Assembly (NCBI GenBank): GCA_964016885.1
Contig: OZ024747.1
Location: 19,902,001-19,966,000 of the forward strand
Reading direction: 5' to 3'
DNA from: Eledone cirrhosa
Lineage: Eukaryota
DNA length: 64,000 bases
The translations under genes were made by a program, and so were the position numbers. The notes below the pieces were generated by a model that worked only from the letters and a program-made list of their open reading frames with translations, had not been told where the DNA came from and did not search any database. Of the stretch, positions 51,001 to 64,000 are shown in pieces. Each line of letters begins with the position of its first letter. Within the stretch, counting starts at the first letter, position 1.

Positions 51001-52106
51001 CTCTGACCTGAACATTAATATCTTCCCCGTTCTCATATACCAATATTGTAGTCACAATAACTCACATTAACAGTCGCTGCAATAATTCTATGCCCTTCCA
51101 GTCATCATCATCATCGCCATCATCACCTATATCGTTATCATTTGTTGCAGCTGCTGTAACGTAGCTGAATTGCTATGAAATAATTGTCGAACCGTTGAAT
51201 ATTGAATACCTGAGAATATTGAATATGACTCACTATTACTTCGATTTTTGAGGATATATGCAGCACACTTAATACCACATGCCACGTGATCATGTTCTGA
51301 AATCAATTGATTAATTGGTTGATCAGCAACAACAAAAATGCTAGAGGATGTATTTAAGTTTTGGAGAATAAAAGCAGATTCTTAATATTAAGTTCTTTCA
51401 AATAGACCAGATATATTAAAGTATTCAAACGTATAATTGGTTGATTAACAACATCCACAACGTAATCATGTTAAGTATGATAGTATCTTTTCACTCTCCT
51501 CAAACATACAACATTCTTCAACAAGGAAGTCAATTATGATAATGATGCTGTTGCTAGCCTGTTCAAAGATAGAATTATCCACACATCGTTTATCTAGTTC
51601 GGTTTCCTTTTACCCTGAAAGGTTATGTTAAACCTTTCTAAATATTCCCTAAGTATGGGCTTCTTCGATTATCCCAGCTGCCGAGATAATTCAACAGGAC
51701 ATTTCTAAAAGTGAGTGACAAGTGTATATGAAGCATGAAAAATATTTAACGCCTACATTATCTAAATTAATAGAGGCTATGTACCACTCGTAGAAACAAC
51801 TGCTTCCCAGCTTGGTTCGCCATGCAATGTAGGCATGATAATAAATGAAAAGAATCTGACTTTGCCAAACCAAATGAATCCTTTGAGAGTAAACGCTACA
51901 TAGGTATGCGGAAAGATACGATAACTCTTACGTCAGCCACATATCATGATTTTGACGTAGAGAAAAGAGAGAAATATCAGGATTTTAATGTTGCCTGTTT
52001 TAAGATACTGATATATAATTTGTTCCAAATCCTAGAGAGGATAAAATTATGTATTACCAGTTCTTAAACGGGTATTGTGTGTACGGTTAAAAAATGTTAG
52101 TTTAAA

Positions 52107-52224
52107 ATAATTATTTCTACATTTAGCACAAGGCCAGCATTTACCCAGTGCATTACTGGTACTTTATTTTATCGACCCCGTAAGGATGAAAGGCAAAGTT
52201 AACCTCGGCGGGATTTGAACTCAG
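52107..52224 (-). mobile_element. SINE family A, 5'-truncated
   Basis: Reverse complement of the consensus. Confidence 0.9.
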
Positions 52225-54056
52225 TTTTAAATAATATCATCATTTCCGGCAATTATCTAAACAGAAGAGAGTAAATTTCTCAAAAATTTCAACATTTTAT
52301 CAGCAGCTCTCAATCTATCAGAAATAGGTACGCTCTTTTGTTTTATTACGCCATTTACCCGATGTTTTAAAGAAATCCCTTATGATAAACTCCACCCATT
52401 TAACTCTCAATGTTTAAAAAATATCAAATCATGTTTCCATATATTTTCACTGAGTCGAATTTCTCGATGTAACAATAACAAATCTATGGCAAGCACTCCA
52501 GCTGAGCCAACGTCATTTTATGGTGTTGTCGAATGTTATATATCATCCGATGGTTGATTGATTTTTTTTCGTAACTTTATTTATGGAACTATTAGTGACC
52601 CATGTATTAATTTCTACATTGAGTAGGCCAATATATACATAACCACATATATATAGAAAGAGGAGAAAGAGAGAGAAAGAGAGCGAGAGAGAAAGAGACA
52701 GGAGGGAGGGATAGAAAGAGAAATGGACAGAAATGCAAAAGGGGTAGATATATTGAATGATTCATATTAATTCGTATGTTAATAGATATTACATAGCATT
52801 TGTTAATATTTCTCTTGAGCTATACAGAAACACTATTTTCGAGAGATTTGCTCTATTACATGTTCTGTTGAAATTGATTATTGCAGAATTTTTGCTAACC
52901 ACTTGTGTATTGAAAATTTTCTGTTTAAGAGGTTTTTAGTGTCTAACTCTGATGTATGTCAATGGTGGAAATGAAACGTTAGGTCTTCGCTTGACAATAT
53001 AAAATTGACTGGCATTCTCTTCATTTATTGATTTATACATAGAAGTTATTTCGAGTTAAAGAAGACATTTCGCGTTTCACTCTGTATTATCTTTGCATCC
53101 AAAGAGTAAGCACTTTTTCGCTTTTCCAAATAACATTTTCAACATGCAAGAATCATAGGTCGGTGTTAAGCTCTTGGAATTTTGAACCCGTTAGACATTT
53201 TTAAATACGTGCAAAATCATTCCATTTTTAGCTACGATTCGCAGCCTTTTATGTTCTGAAGTTGGATTATGACTGTCAACATACGAAGTCGAAAGTATTT
53301 ATATTTGCATCACTATACTAATAAGTCTAAAATAATGTTGTGGATCACAAACGCATTACTGTAATCAAATAGAAACCAAAGAAGTAGTGGCTTAGATCGG
53401 TAAAAATATCTGGCAATATATTATTATGAAGATTATATGCCAATTGCTTCGGGAGAAATATCATGACCTTTCTGTTTGAATGCTTCGTGTCAAATATAAA
53501 TGAATGGGTGCTTTGAATAGCGATGTATGAATAGATTGGCCACATCCAATGTATTAATACAAAGAAAAACATAACTATGTGGTTATAAAGTTTGTCTCGC
53601 AATCGACGTATGCCCTTGGAAAATATGCCCCTAAGAAACCAACGAATTCTGAGTGAAAGTCAGCATCGGACACCTTTGAGAATTCGGTTATATATATAAA
53701 TATATTTGTGTGTCTATTCGTTTAGTATTTATGTGCAGCAACGTAGGGGTTCAATGTATTTTCGAAAAAATTCCACCAAAATGTTTTCGAAACTTTTCTT
53801 ATAGATTATATCAAAGTTTTTGGGAAAGGTTTTCTCAGAATTGCTCTGAAATTTTTTCTCAAAAACGTTAAACGAAATTTTCTTTAAAGTTTTATCAAAA
53901 GGTTTTCGAAGAGATTTCACCAAAGTTTCTCGCAAAATTTTCTGCAATATTTTGAACATTAAAAAAAACACATTGTGTATGTTTGTATGTGTGTGTGTTT
54001 GTTTGTTCGCGTGTGTGTTTGTTTGTTTGTTTGTGTGGGTGTTTGTGTGTGTTTGT

Positions 54057-54103
<47 letters not shown>

Positions 54104-54349
54104 TGTGTGTGTGTTTGTATGTCGTATACTTTCACGCAAAATATTTATCATTAAGCGTTCCGTCAGAAACAATAAGTACCTTTAGGCGAGACCTATTTAG
54201 TCCTTTACATGAATTACTAATCTTGGCAATGTTTAAAACATTTTCCAGCGAACTGAAGACCAACTGTCGGAAACATAATTATTTTTATAATGAATGACGC
54301 TTTACTTCGGACACAATAAGTTAGCCATTATATATATTATATATATATA

Positions 54350-54901
54350 TAAATAGAACTTAGAAGGCGAAGGCTAAACAGAAAAAAATGAATGGAATAA
54401 CAACATCACCCAAACAAACAATACTGACCTAAGAGAACTATAAATAAATAAATAAATACATACATAAGCACAATAACAACAAACACATATAAACACACTA
54501 GTAAACTAAGATAGAATACAATAACCAATACACAGTCACCAAAACACGAACACGCATCAAACGCATGTGCAGAGAAGACAAAAAAAAAAAAATAAATAAA
54601 TAAACAGACTAAATAAAGATGGCGCAGGCATACAATACAACAGGAGGAAACATAATAGCACCACTGACGATGTTGCAGATGTGCAACGAAAGAACTTTGT
54701 TAGACTATATATATGTGTTTGTGTCTATATTATATCTGTATTTCTGACCGTTGGTCAGTCAATGGTAACATTGAGGACCGAATAAATTAAATTAACCGAT
54801 ATAAAAGACACAGAAGCGAAAATCAACCAAACAGTGAGTGTGTTCTGTTATTAATTCTGGCAATATTATTACACAAATATGACCCTCCCCAAGTATAACA
54901 A
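54350..54901 (+). mobile_element. Family E element with hammerhead-like core at 54662-54699
   Basis: ca CTGACGA t gttgca gatg tgcaac GAAAG AA CTT tg; (TA)n on both sides; homologous to 763-1060. Confidence 0.75.
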
Positions 54902-54929
54902 TATATATATATATATAAATATATATATA

Positions 54930-55184
54930 AATAAATTACACAATTATCAAAGTCATGTTCAAATCGTTTAATTGCTGACAATCGTTTCTTCCAAACTTTC
55001 GATTGTCAGCAATTAAATGATTTGAACTTAACTTTGATAATTGTGTAATTTATATTCCTGCTCTGTAAAACACCTGATGTTCTTACATTGAGATATTTCT
55101 CTTACTGGTAATAAGGTAGTAATGAATTACTGACCTTTCCTGTTTATAGTTGTTTATAGTATATACATAACTATAAATAGTATC

Positions 55185-55188
<4 letters not shown>
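54930..55188 (+). mobile_element. Fold-back element: arms of about 55 bp (54931-54985 / 55000-55054) plus tail, within (TA)n
   Basis: ATAAATTACACAATTATCAAAGT..TTAATTGCTGACAATCG / CGATTGTCAGCAATTAA..ACTTTGATAATTGTGTAATTTAT. Confidence 0.75.
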
Positions 55189-55970
<782 letters not shown>

Positions 55971-56597
55971 TCATATCCATGTATGTTTATATTGTGCGAG
56001 CTTGTAAGTATATGCGCATGTATGGAAAAAAAGTTATTTATGTATGTATTCATAGTTTCCATCAACCAAGTTTCTTTCACGTGTTATGAAAGATTTGCCC
56101 AATATACCACGAATTTATATCGATCAACTGACGTCTTTACCACGCACCTTTTTCTGAATCCATACAACTGTTGTTGTGTTTGGTTTCTTATGACTTAAAC
56201 CTGGAAGTAGAAAATACCTCATAAAACAATTAGTACATCATGTATCAACATCCATTTTGTCTGTATGAATAATCTACTTAAAGTTTAGCTATAATTGTAT
56301 CCATTATGTATGTGATAATCTAGTCAGTAAATTTAAATTCACTTGTAATAATACTATGTGTTAAGTGTATTCACAAATTTCAGACTTGTAAATTAAAGAA
56401 AAAAAATAGAAATGCTCAGAATTGGATGGTTTGATAACAATTAGATTGAACTCAGCAACATAAAATGTTAGAGAAACTAGAGAACACCGAGTGATTATAT
56501 GCAAGTGTTTAAAAACAAAATACATGAAATTCACATCATCATCATCATCGTTGCCTTCATCATCACCATTGTCATGATCACGATCATGATGATCATC

Positions 56598-56792
56598 ATC
56601 TTCTTCTTCTTCTTCTTCTTCTTCTTCTTCTTCTTCTTCTTCTTCTTCTTCTTCTTCTTCTTCTTCTTCTTCTTCTTCTTCTTCTTCTTCTTCTTCTTTT
56701 TCTTCTTCTTCTTCTTCTTCTTCTTCTTCTTCTTCTTCTTCTTCTTCTTCTTCTTCTTCTTCTTCTTCTTCTTCTTCTTCTTCTTCTTCTTC
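56598..56792. repeat. (TTC)n microsatellite
   Basis: Direct reading. Confidence 0.95.
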
Positions 56793-56992
56793 TCCCCTCT
56801 CCCCTTTCCCGATCTTTACCATCAACAACATAATGTTTATCAACATATTCCTCAAAAGAGAATTCAAAGTGATAATTATAGATGAACTGATCATAGACCG
56901 TTTCTACTCAGTTCTGTTCTGAGTTCAATGTTTCCAGTTTGCATTTCCCCCTCCTGGAATCTATAGATTTCATATTAAGTAGATATTATTCT

Positions 56993-57108
56993 GGTTCAAA
57001 TCCCGCCGGGGTTAACTTTGCCTTTCATCCTTACGGGGTCGATAAAATAGAGTACCAGTAATGCACTGGGTGATTGCTGGCCTTGTGCCAAAAGTAGAAA
57101 CAATTATT
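56993..57108 (+). mobile_element. SINE family A, 5'-truncated, with apparent target-site duplication ATTATTCTGGTTCAAAT
   Basis: ATTATTCTGGTTCAAAT at 56985-57001 and 57103-57119. Confidence 0.85.
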
Positions 57109-58248
57109 CTGGTTCAAATGACTATACACTCCTCCACAACATATATGCCTCTGTATGAAAGTAAAGATATGATATATCTACATCAACGTGATTTAGTCAA
57201 TAGTGTCAGTCAACAACTTGTTTTAACAATTGCTAATCGTATTCGTATATCTGTTACCATCGCATACACTTATAACACATACTCTATATAGATCTATGCT
57301 ATCTAATATGTTGATTAATTTCATACGAGGTTCTGTTATTGAAGAGATATTATACAGCTATATCTTCATTGAAAATGGTGATATAATGTTTGATGGTCAG
57401 TAGTAAAACTTCAGCGTGATCCATTTGATATTCAGACCAAGCGAGAAAAGGTGATCATTCACTATTAGAATAACTACTCCCAATCCGTCCGTGACAGGAT
57501 ATAAAAATGTTCTCAATGATCTCTCACAAGTTCCTGCGCCAGATTTATTTTCAACACCACATTTATTTTTCGATAATCATTTTCTTATTTTCTTTATATT
57601 ATAACGTAGTAGTCGTTGTTCAGGTCATTATGACTCATAATATGGGAGGTAATTCAACCAGGTGTCATAATTTCTGCAGATTGTAAATGTTACTGAATGA
57701 CTTAAGGATTACAACTTGGAGAATTTATTCAATACAAATTCCTTTAACATAACCTTTAACAATATCTAGTGTTGGACGGCTCAAGTGTCTTCTAATGGAT
57801 ATGGTGTAAGTTACTCGACAGGGCTGAGTTCACATTTGGCAGGATTTCAAAGAATATGAAATTTCATTGCGGTAATGTGTTACGTTACTAATCAAAGCAA
57901 AGGATCAGTACGGTATTGATTTAAAATGAAAGAATACACAGAAATAATATATATATATATATATTAATAATAAATATAATATATATATAATAATAAATAT
58001 AATATATATATTTTTGTGAAAATCAGTCATATGGAACTATTGTCATCTTGCCTGACGGTTTGAACTTTACAACACAACCCGCCTCTTTGAGGTCAAATAC
58101 CGACCCTACTAGCATCTACAAACTGACTAATGAGAATTAAGATTATTCCTGCTGACAACATTAAATTATTCCTAACAAGCTCATATATCCCAAGGCTCTG
58201 ATACCATCAACACCATAAACACAGAACTGGCATATATAAGAATGACTA

Positions 58249-58304
58249 ACTGCCTGATGAGGTCATAGCCATTCAATGGCTATCATCGTAATATATATGG
58301 CAGT
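58249..58304 (+). ncRNA. Decayed hammerhead (GAAA to GTAA) near the 3' end of a (TA)n-flanked insert (about 58010-58350)
   Basis: actgc CTGATGA ggt c atagcca ttcaa tggctat c atc GTAA T ATAT ATG gcagt. Confidence 0.7.
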
Positions 58305-58345
58305 AAATAAAGGATTATGAGTTCATGCAATTGACTTATGTTTCG

Positions 58346-58398
<53 letters not shown>

Positions 58399-58400
<2 letters not shown>

Positions 58401-58662
58401 AGTAAGTATGTTTTGAAACAGTGAGCAGGTTTGAAATTTGAAAATAGAATAGCTTTCACCGTATTTTTGACTAAAGGAATTTTAGTCTGATAAATGGGGT
58501 TTAGAACCCTCAGATAAATGGAAAAGGTGAGTATTGAAGTACATGTACTTCAATACTCACCTTTTTCCATTTATCTGAGGGTTCTAAACCCCATTTATCA
58601 GGCTAAAATTCCTTTAGTCAAAAATACGGTGAAAGCTATTCTATTTTCTAATTTCAAACCTG
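58399..58662 (-). mobile_element. Family T second copy: zero-spacer palindrome (58426-58543 / 58544-58662) plus tail 58399-58425
   Basis: Centre GAAGTACA|TGTACTTC; homologous to 10046-10190. Confidence 0.9.
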
Positions 58663-58971
58663 AATATAAACGGAAAAAATGAAAGGAAATTTCATTTCCC
58701 ACTCTTAGTACGGCTGTTACTTAAATATAAGTATGTACACGTGCATACATATATGCATACAGACGTGCAGTAGTATGTATATATATATATATATCCATAC
58801 ATGCACACATATATATATGTACGTATGTATTCACCGAACATTTATTATAATGCTCGGTCCGTTTGTAAACAAACATCCCGTATTAAGCCGTAGTGTCCAG
58901 CAACCATCGTTGCTAGTTTGTTCAACACTGACAAAGGAACGCTGTACTAGTTTCAAGCTTATTAGCTATCG

Positions 58972-59019
<48 letters not shown>

Positions 59020-59021
<2 letters not shown>

Positions 59022-59210
59022 ATGTTTAATCTCGACGGCGGAGCTCAAGTCGTTTCGACGGGTATTTCTGTCCAGAAATAGCCGTCGAAAAGGCTTGATA
59101 TCTGCCGTCGGGGTTAAATATTTTCCTATTACCCACTCTACTACCCTAATTATTGAGTACTCTGTTGCGTTATGGTCCATCTGGTTCCTTACCACACTTC
59201 CTTTGTTATA
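59020..59210 (+). mobile_element. Family C element with a longer fold-back hairpin (59033-59111)
   Basis: CGACGGCGGA..TTCGACGGGTATTTCTG tc CAGAAATAGCCGTCGAA..TCTGCCGTCG followed by the family tail. Confidence 0.8.
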
Positions 59211-59237
59211 TATATATATATATAATATGTGTGTGTG

Positions 59238-59277
<40 letters not shown>

Positions 59278-61037
59278 TGTGTGTGTGTGTGCGTGTGTGT
59301 GTGTGTGGGTGTGTATGTGTGTGTGTATGTGTGTGTATGTACATACAAACGGCTATTTAAATATAACATAAACTATATGTGAGTAATGTTTTTATTTAAC
59401 ACCTTATATATATATATATTATATATATATATATATATATACAATATTAAATAAATGGAAACTATATTTATAAAACCATATTTATTTCATTATATATATT
59501 TCGGGGATATCATATTACCATATGCTATGCCTTCCTCAGACAAAATACAATATAAACAGTTTTATAGATAAATAGATTCGACATACCGTTATAACACCGA
59601 CTTCCATTTGAAGAGGTTTAAGCTGGCAGTGAAAAAATTTTACACAGAGAGAAAGAAAGAGAGAAAGAAAGAGAGAAAAAAGAAAGAAAGACAGAAAACG
59701 AAGAAAAGGAAGAAAAAGAAGAAATGCATGGAACAAAATAGAGAGATGAAAAGATAGATAAAGCGAAGAACTTCATGTAAAGAAACAGAAAGAGATATAT
59801 ATATATAGAGAGAGAGGAAATAGAGATAAATACATATATATATATAGAAAATTAGGTAGTGGGAGGTCATTTTGAGTAAATGTATCAATGATACATTTAT
59901 TTATTTATTTATTTATTTAGCTCAAGTATTAATGTAAGGGAGATATATATAGAGAGAAAAAAATATATAGAGAGAAAAAATAGCGAGAGAAAAAAAATTT
60001 AAAAATAGCCAGATATATTCGAGGCGTAAAAACCCTATGTTTTAATGTATTAGTATTTATAAAACTTACATTATATTGTAAATATCAGTATTCCTGAATG
60101 AGACAAGTATCCATAGTGTGTGAAAATTAATTATCTTATGTTTAGTTTTTTTAAAAAATTCATATGTTTATGTGACAGCTACAAACATCCATGCGAATCC
60201 ACATGATTCACTCTGCAAACTCTAAGTTCACGGAAAACATTCTCAATGTGGTATAAAAATTTGAGCATACATATATGTGTATTATTATTCCTGTCTTTAC
60301 TCTACAAGATTATCTATCAAGCAGAAATAGAGAGCAGATTTCAATATACTAATAAAATATATATCAGAAACAAAACTAAAAAAATAAAAAGATAACAATA
60401 ATAATAATAAGTAAAAATAAGTAATAATAAAATAGAAAACTAAAAAAATATTACGAAAGAATATTACATAATAAAAATATTACATATTAAAAAATATTAC
60501 GTATTAAAAAATATTACGTATTAAAAATTTACATATTAAAGATATTAAAAATAAAAATAAAAATAAAAATAAAAATAAAAATAAAAATAAAAATAAAAAT
60601 AAAAATAAAAATAAAAAATATTATAAAATATATTATAAAATACTACAATAATAAAAGATAAAAATAAAAATAAACCACAAAGATCAACCCTTCAAAGTTA
60701 ATTGACAATATATTGCCAAGTTCATTACAAGACAAAGCCAAAAATTATCTATCAAATCACATCTAGCAAAGATCATTTCAAAAAGTTTATGACGTCCAAT
60801 TTGGTCTACATATGTTCTTATATTTAATATAGAAGTTTATCTAGTGTAAGGTTTATTCAAAATAATTGGAGCATCAGCTTTTAGGGTAGCTTAATTTTTC
60901 ATGAGGAATGTTTAAATAAAAATAAATATAAAATAAAAATAAACAATAAAAAAAGAATAAAAAGAAGGAATCAAAAATTTAGGAATCAAAAATTTATCGG
61001 CTAGTTTCCCATATAAATATAAATCAAACTAAATATA

Positions 61038-62338
61038 CTACATTTTAAATTTAAATTTATATTTAAACGTTGAGTTTAATCTATGTTTGCAACAACTGAA
61101 TAAATTTGTCCGTAGGTTAAGGGAATTTTTAGATTTTAGTATAAAGAATATCTCCTCTGTGCAGAGGTCACATGTCTCAGAGGATGAATTAAAAGGAATC
61201 CCTCTTGAGACTATATTCCAAGCCGTCGAATATCTAACGTTATCTAGCTTAAGTTGCCAGAGTACGCCTGATAGTGCCGTTGAAGATTTTTTACTTGGAT
61301 CCGTGAAAGAATTCTTGTGGTTATTATAGCGAAGTTTAAATTCCGTCGATGTGGAACCGACGTAGTTAAAAGAATTAGAGTCAGTATTAACATTACAATT
61401 GTATACTATATTTTTAACTAAGCAGTTGTTATTTAACGGACATTTAGATCTATCTCTACAGTTACATTTGTTAACTTGTATATTATTTATGCTATTATCA
61501 CTAGGTTTTAAGTTCCTATTATTTATTCTATTAATATTTTGTGCTAAATTTTTGGTGGATGAGTAGGTTAATTTAATTGTATGCCTATTGAAAATTGAGT
61601 GATACCTATGTGTTCTAGGGAAGCGATTATCAAGAGCTTTGAAAAATAATTTAGCGATGTGGGTTTTAATGTTTAGTGAGAAGGGGGGGGGGGGCAAACC
61701 AAATTATGTTCCTAGTTCTATTTCTTTTTTGGCCTTTGGAATTATTGTAATGCTTTCTATTATAGTTGTTAATGTTGTTGCCGTAATTAAAAAAGTTGTT
61801 ACTTTGTTTAGTTTGTCTATCATTATCTATGTACACAATCTTATCAGCATATCCTGCCCTAGCTAATGCTTCATTATAGTATTGGGCCTTTTCGTCGAAA
61901 ATCTTTCTATTCGACGAGATCCTAGAGATACGTTTTTGAACTGAGTTTACTATAGTGTTTTTGACAGATCTGGGGTGGTTAGAGTTAAAGTTGACATAGT
62001 TTAAGTTTTCATTCAACTTGTGAAAAGGATAGTGGAGACATGTGTTGAGATTTAATGTTATATCTAGGAAATTGACTATTCTATGGTTGTTCTCAATTTC
62101 TATTTTAAGGTTAAAGTAATTAAAAAATTTTGTAATTTGTTTACATTTTCTATTTAGTTCAGGGTTATTATTATTAATAAGTAAAAGCATGTCATCCCTA
62201 TATAAACCTCCGGTAGTACCAGGTATTTTCCTATGTAGCGAATTGATTAAAAATAAGCCCACAAGGTCAGTTACCTGAGCTGAGTCGGAAAATCCCATAG
62301 TTATGTCAAAATTACTATTTCTATCTGCTCTGGTCCAT
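61038..62338 (-). pseudogene. PLE RT (C-terminal motifs and thumb) plus GIY-YIG endonuclease, 5'-truncated, frameshift at the G-run 61683-61694
   Basis: FDITMGFSDSAQVTDLVG, GGLYRDDML, VNFLDITLNL, SNHPRSV, IIWF, CNCRDRSKCPLNNNC, NIVY..NYVGSTSTEFKLRYNNH and CDLCTEE..LNLR..CKH. Confidence 0.93.
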
Positions 62339-63722
62339 AATTTTTGATTCCTTCTTTTTATTCTTTTTTTATTGTTTATTTTTATTTTATATTTATTTTT
62401 ATTTAAACATTCCTCATGAAAAATTAAGCTACCCTAAAAGCTGATGCTCCAATTATTTTGAATAAACCTTACACTAGATAAACTCCTATATTAAATATAA
62501 GAACATATGTAGACCAAATTGGACGTCATAAACTTTTTGAAATGATCTTTGCTAGATGTGATTTGATAGATAATTTTTGGCTTTGTCTTGTAATGAACTT
62601 GGCAATATATTGTCAATTAACTTTGAAGGGTTGATCTTTGTGGTTTATTTTTATTTTTATCTTTTATTATTGTAGTATTTTATAATATATTTTATAATAT
62701 TTTTTATTTTTATTTTTATTTTTAATATCTTTAATATGTAAATTTTTAATACGTAATATTTTTTAATACGTAATATTTTTTAATATGTAATATTTTTATT
62801 ATGTAATATTCTTTCGTAATATTTTTTTAGTTTTCTATTTTATTATTACTTATTTTTACTTATTATTATTATTGTTATCTTTTTATTTTTTTAGTTTTGT
62901 TTCTGATATATATTTTATTAGTATATTGAAATCTGCTCTCTATTTCTGCTTGATAGATAATCTTGTAGAGTAAAGACAGGAATAATAATACACATATATG
63001 TATGCTCAAATTTTTATACCACATTGAGAATGTTTTCCGTGAACTTAGAGTTTGCAGAGTGAATCATGTGGATTCGCATGGATGTTTGTAGCTGTCACAT
63101 AAACATATGAATTTTTTTAAAAAACTAAACATAAGATAATTAATTTTCACACACTATGGATACTTGTCTCATTCAGGAATACTGATATTTACAATATAGT
63201 GTAAGTTTTATAAATACTAATACATTAAAACATAGGGTTTTTACGCCTCGAATATATCTGGCTATTTTTAAATTTTTTTTCTCTCGCTATTTTTTCTCTC
63301 TATATATTTTTTTCTCTCTATATATATCTCCCTTACATTAATACTTGAGCTAAATAAATAAATAAATAAATAAATGTATCATTGATACATTTACTCAAAA
63401 TGACCTCCCACTACCTAATTTTCTATATATATATATGTATTTATCTCTATTTCCTCTCTCTCTCTATATATATATATCTTTCTGTTTCTTTACATGAAGT
63501 TCTTCGCTTTATCTATCTTTTCATCTCTCTATTTTGTTCCATGCATTTCTTCTTTTTCTTCCTTTTCTTCCTTTTCTGTCTTTCTTTCTTTTTTCTCTCT
63601 TTTTTTCTCTCTTTCTTTCTCTCTGTGTAAAATTGCTTCACTGCCAGCTTAAACCTCTTCAAATGGAAGTCGGTGTTATAACGGTATGTCGAATCTATTT
63701 ATCTATAAAACTGTTTATATTG

Positions 63723-63787
63723 TATTTTGTCTGAGGAAGGCATAGCATATGGTAATATGATATCCCCGAAATATATATAATGAAATA
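63723..63787 (+). ncRNA. Type I hammerhead ribozyme in the PLE 3 pseudo-LTR; mirror copy at 59483-59547 (-)
   Basis: tattttgt CTGAGGA agg..catat ggta atatg..ccc GAAA T ATAT ATA atgaaata. Confidence 0.82.
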
Positions 63788-64000
63788 AATATGGTTTTAT
63801 AAATATAGTTTCCATTTATTTAATATTGTAAATATACTCCAAATATTTGTCGAGTGCTTTTATATCAGTTATAAATATTTACTAGTTGTAACCCAACAAT
63901 TTTAAATATAACTTTCCATATATATATATATATATATATATATAAACGATATATGAATATATACCAAATGAATAGCAAATGATATGTAGCATTAGCTCCA

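Larger units (their letters stand above)
59440..63918 (-). mobile_element. Penelope-like element 3 with inverted pseudo-LTR arms of about 1.5 kb (59440-60979 / 62339-63830) and a tail (63831-63918)
   Basis: Arms are reverse complements with few differences (twin ORF-track entries 59640-59888 and 63382-63630); (TA)n on both sides. Confidence 0.93.

Noticed and set aside
56361-56894. Poly-Glu / poly-Phe ORFs
   Set aside because: Translation of (TTC)n.

Overview
AT-rich, microsatellite-laden eukaryotic DNA. The dominant tRNA-derived SINE resembles octopus SINEs, so an octopod cephalopod is inferred from repeat recognition. No host protein-coding gene can be established; nearly all ORF-track entries are translations of simple repeats. 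Real coding remnants are three 5'-truncated Penelope-like elements (PLEs: RT thumb, CxCx5CPLx3C linker, C-terminal GIY-YIG; Hydra-clade-like), one RLE-type (R4/Dong-like) LINE embedded in (TACA)n, and a decayed RTE-type LINE fragment. The main hidden structure is a set of elements inserted into (TA)n tracts. Most show a recurrent fold-back architecture (an inverted arm plus a forward arm with an extra 3' tail). They carry about 20 hammerhead-ribozyme (HHR)-like motifs from roughly ten families, including U3-A8 core variants, a multi-branched stem II form and shortened-core forms. One family is a zero-spacer palindrome carrying a complete tRNA-like cloverleaf and no clear HHR. All structures were read by eye; no searches or folding programs were run.
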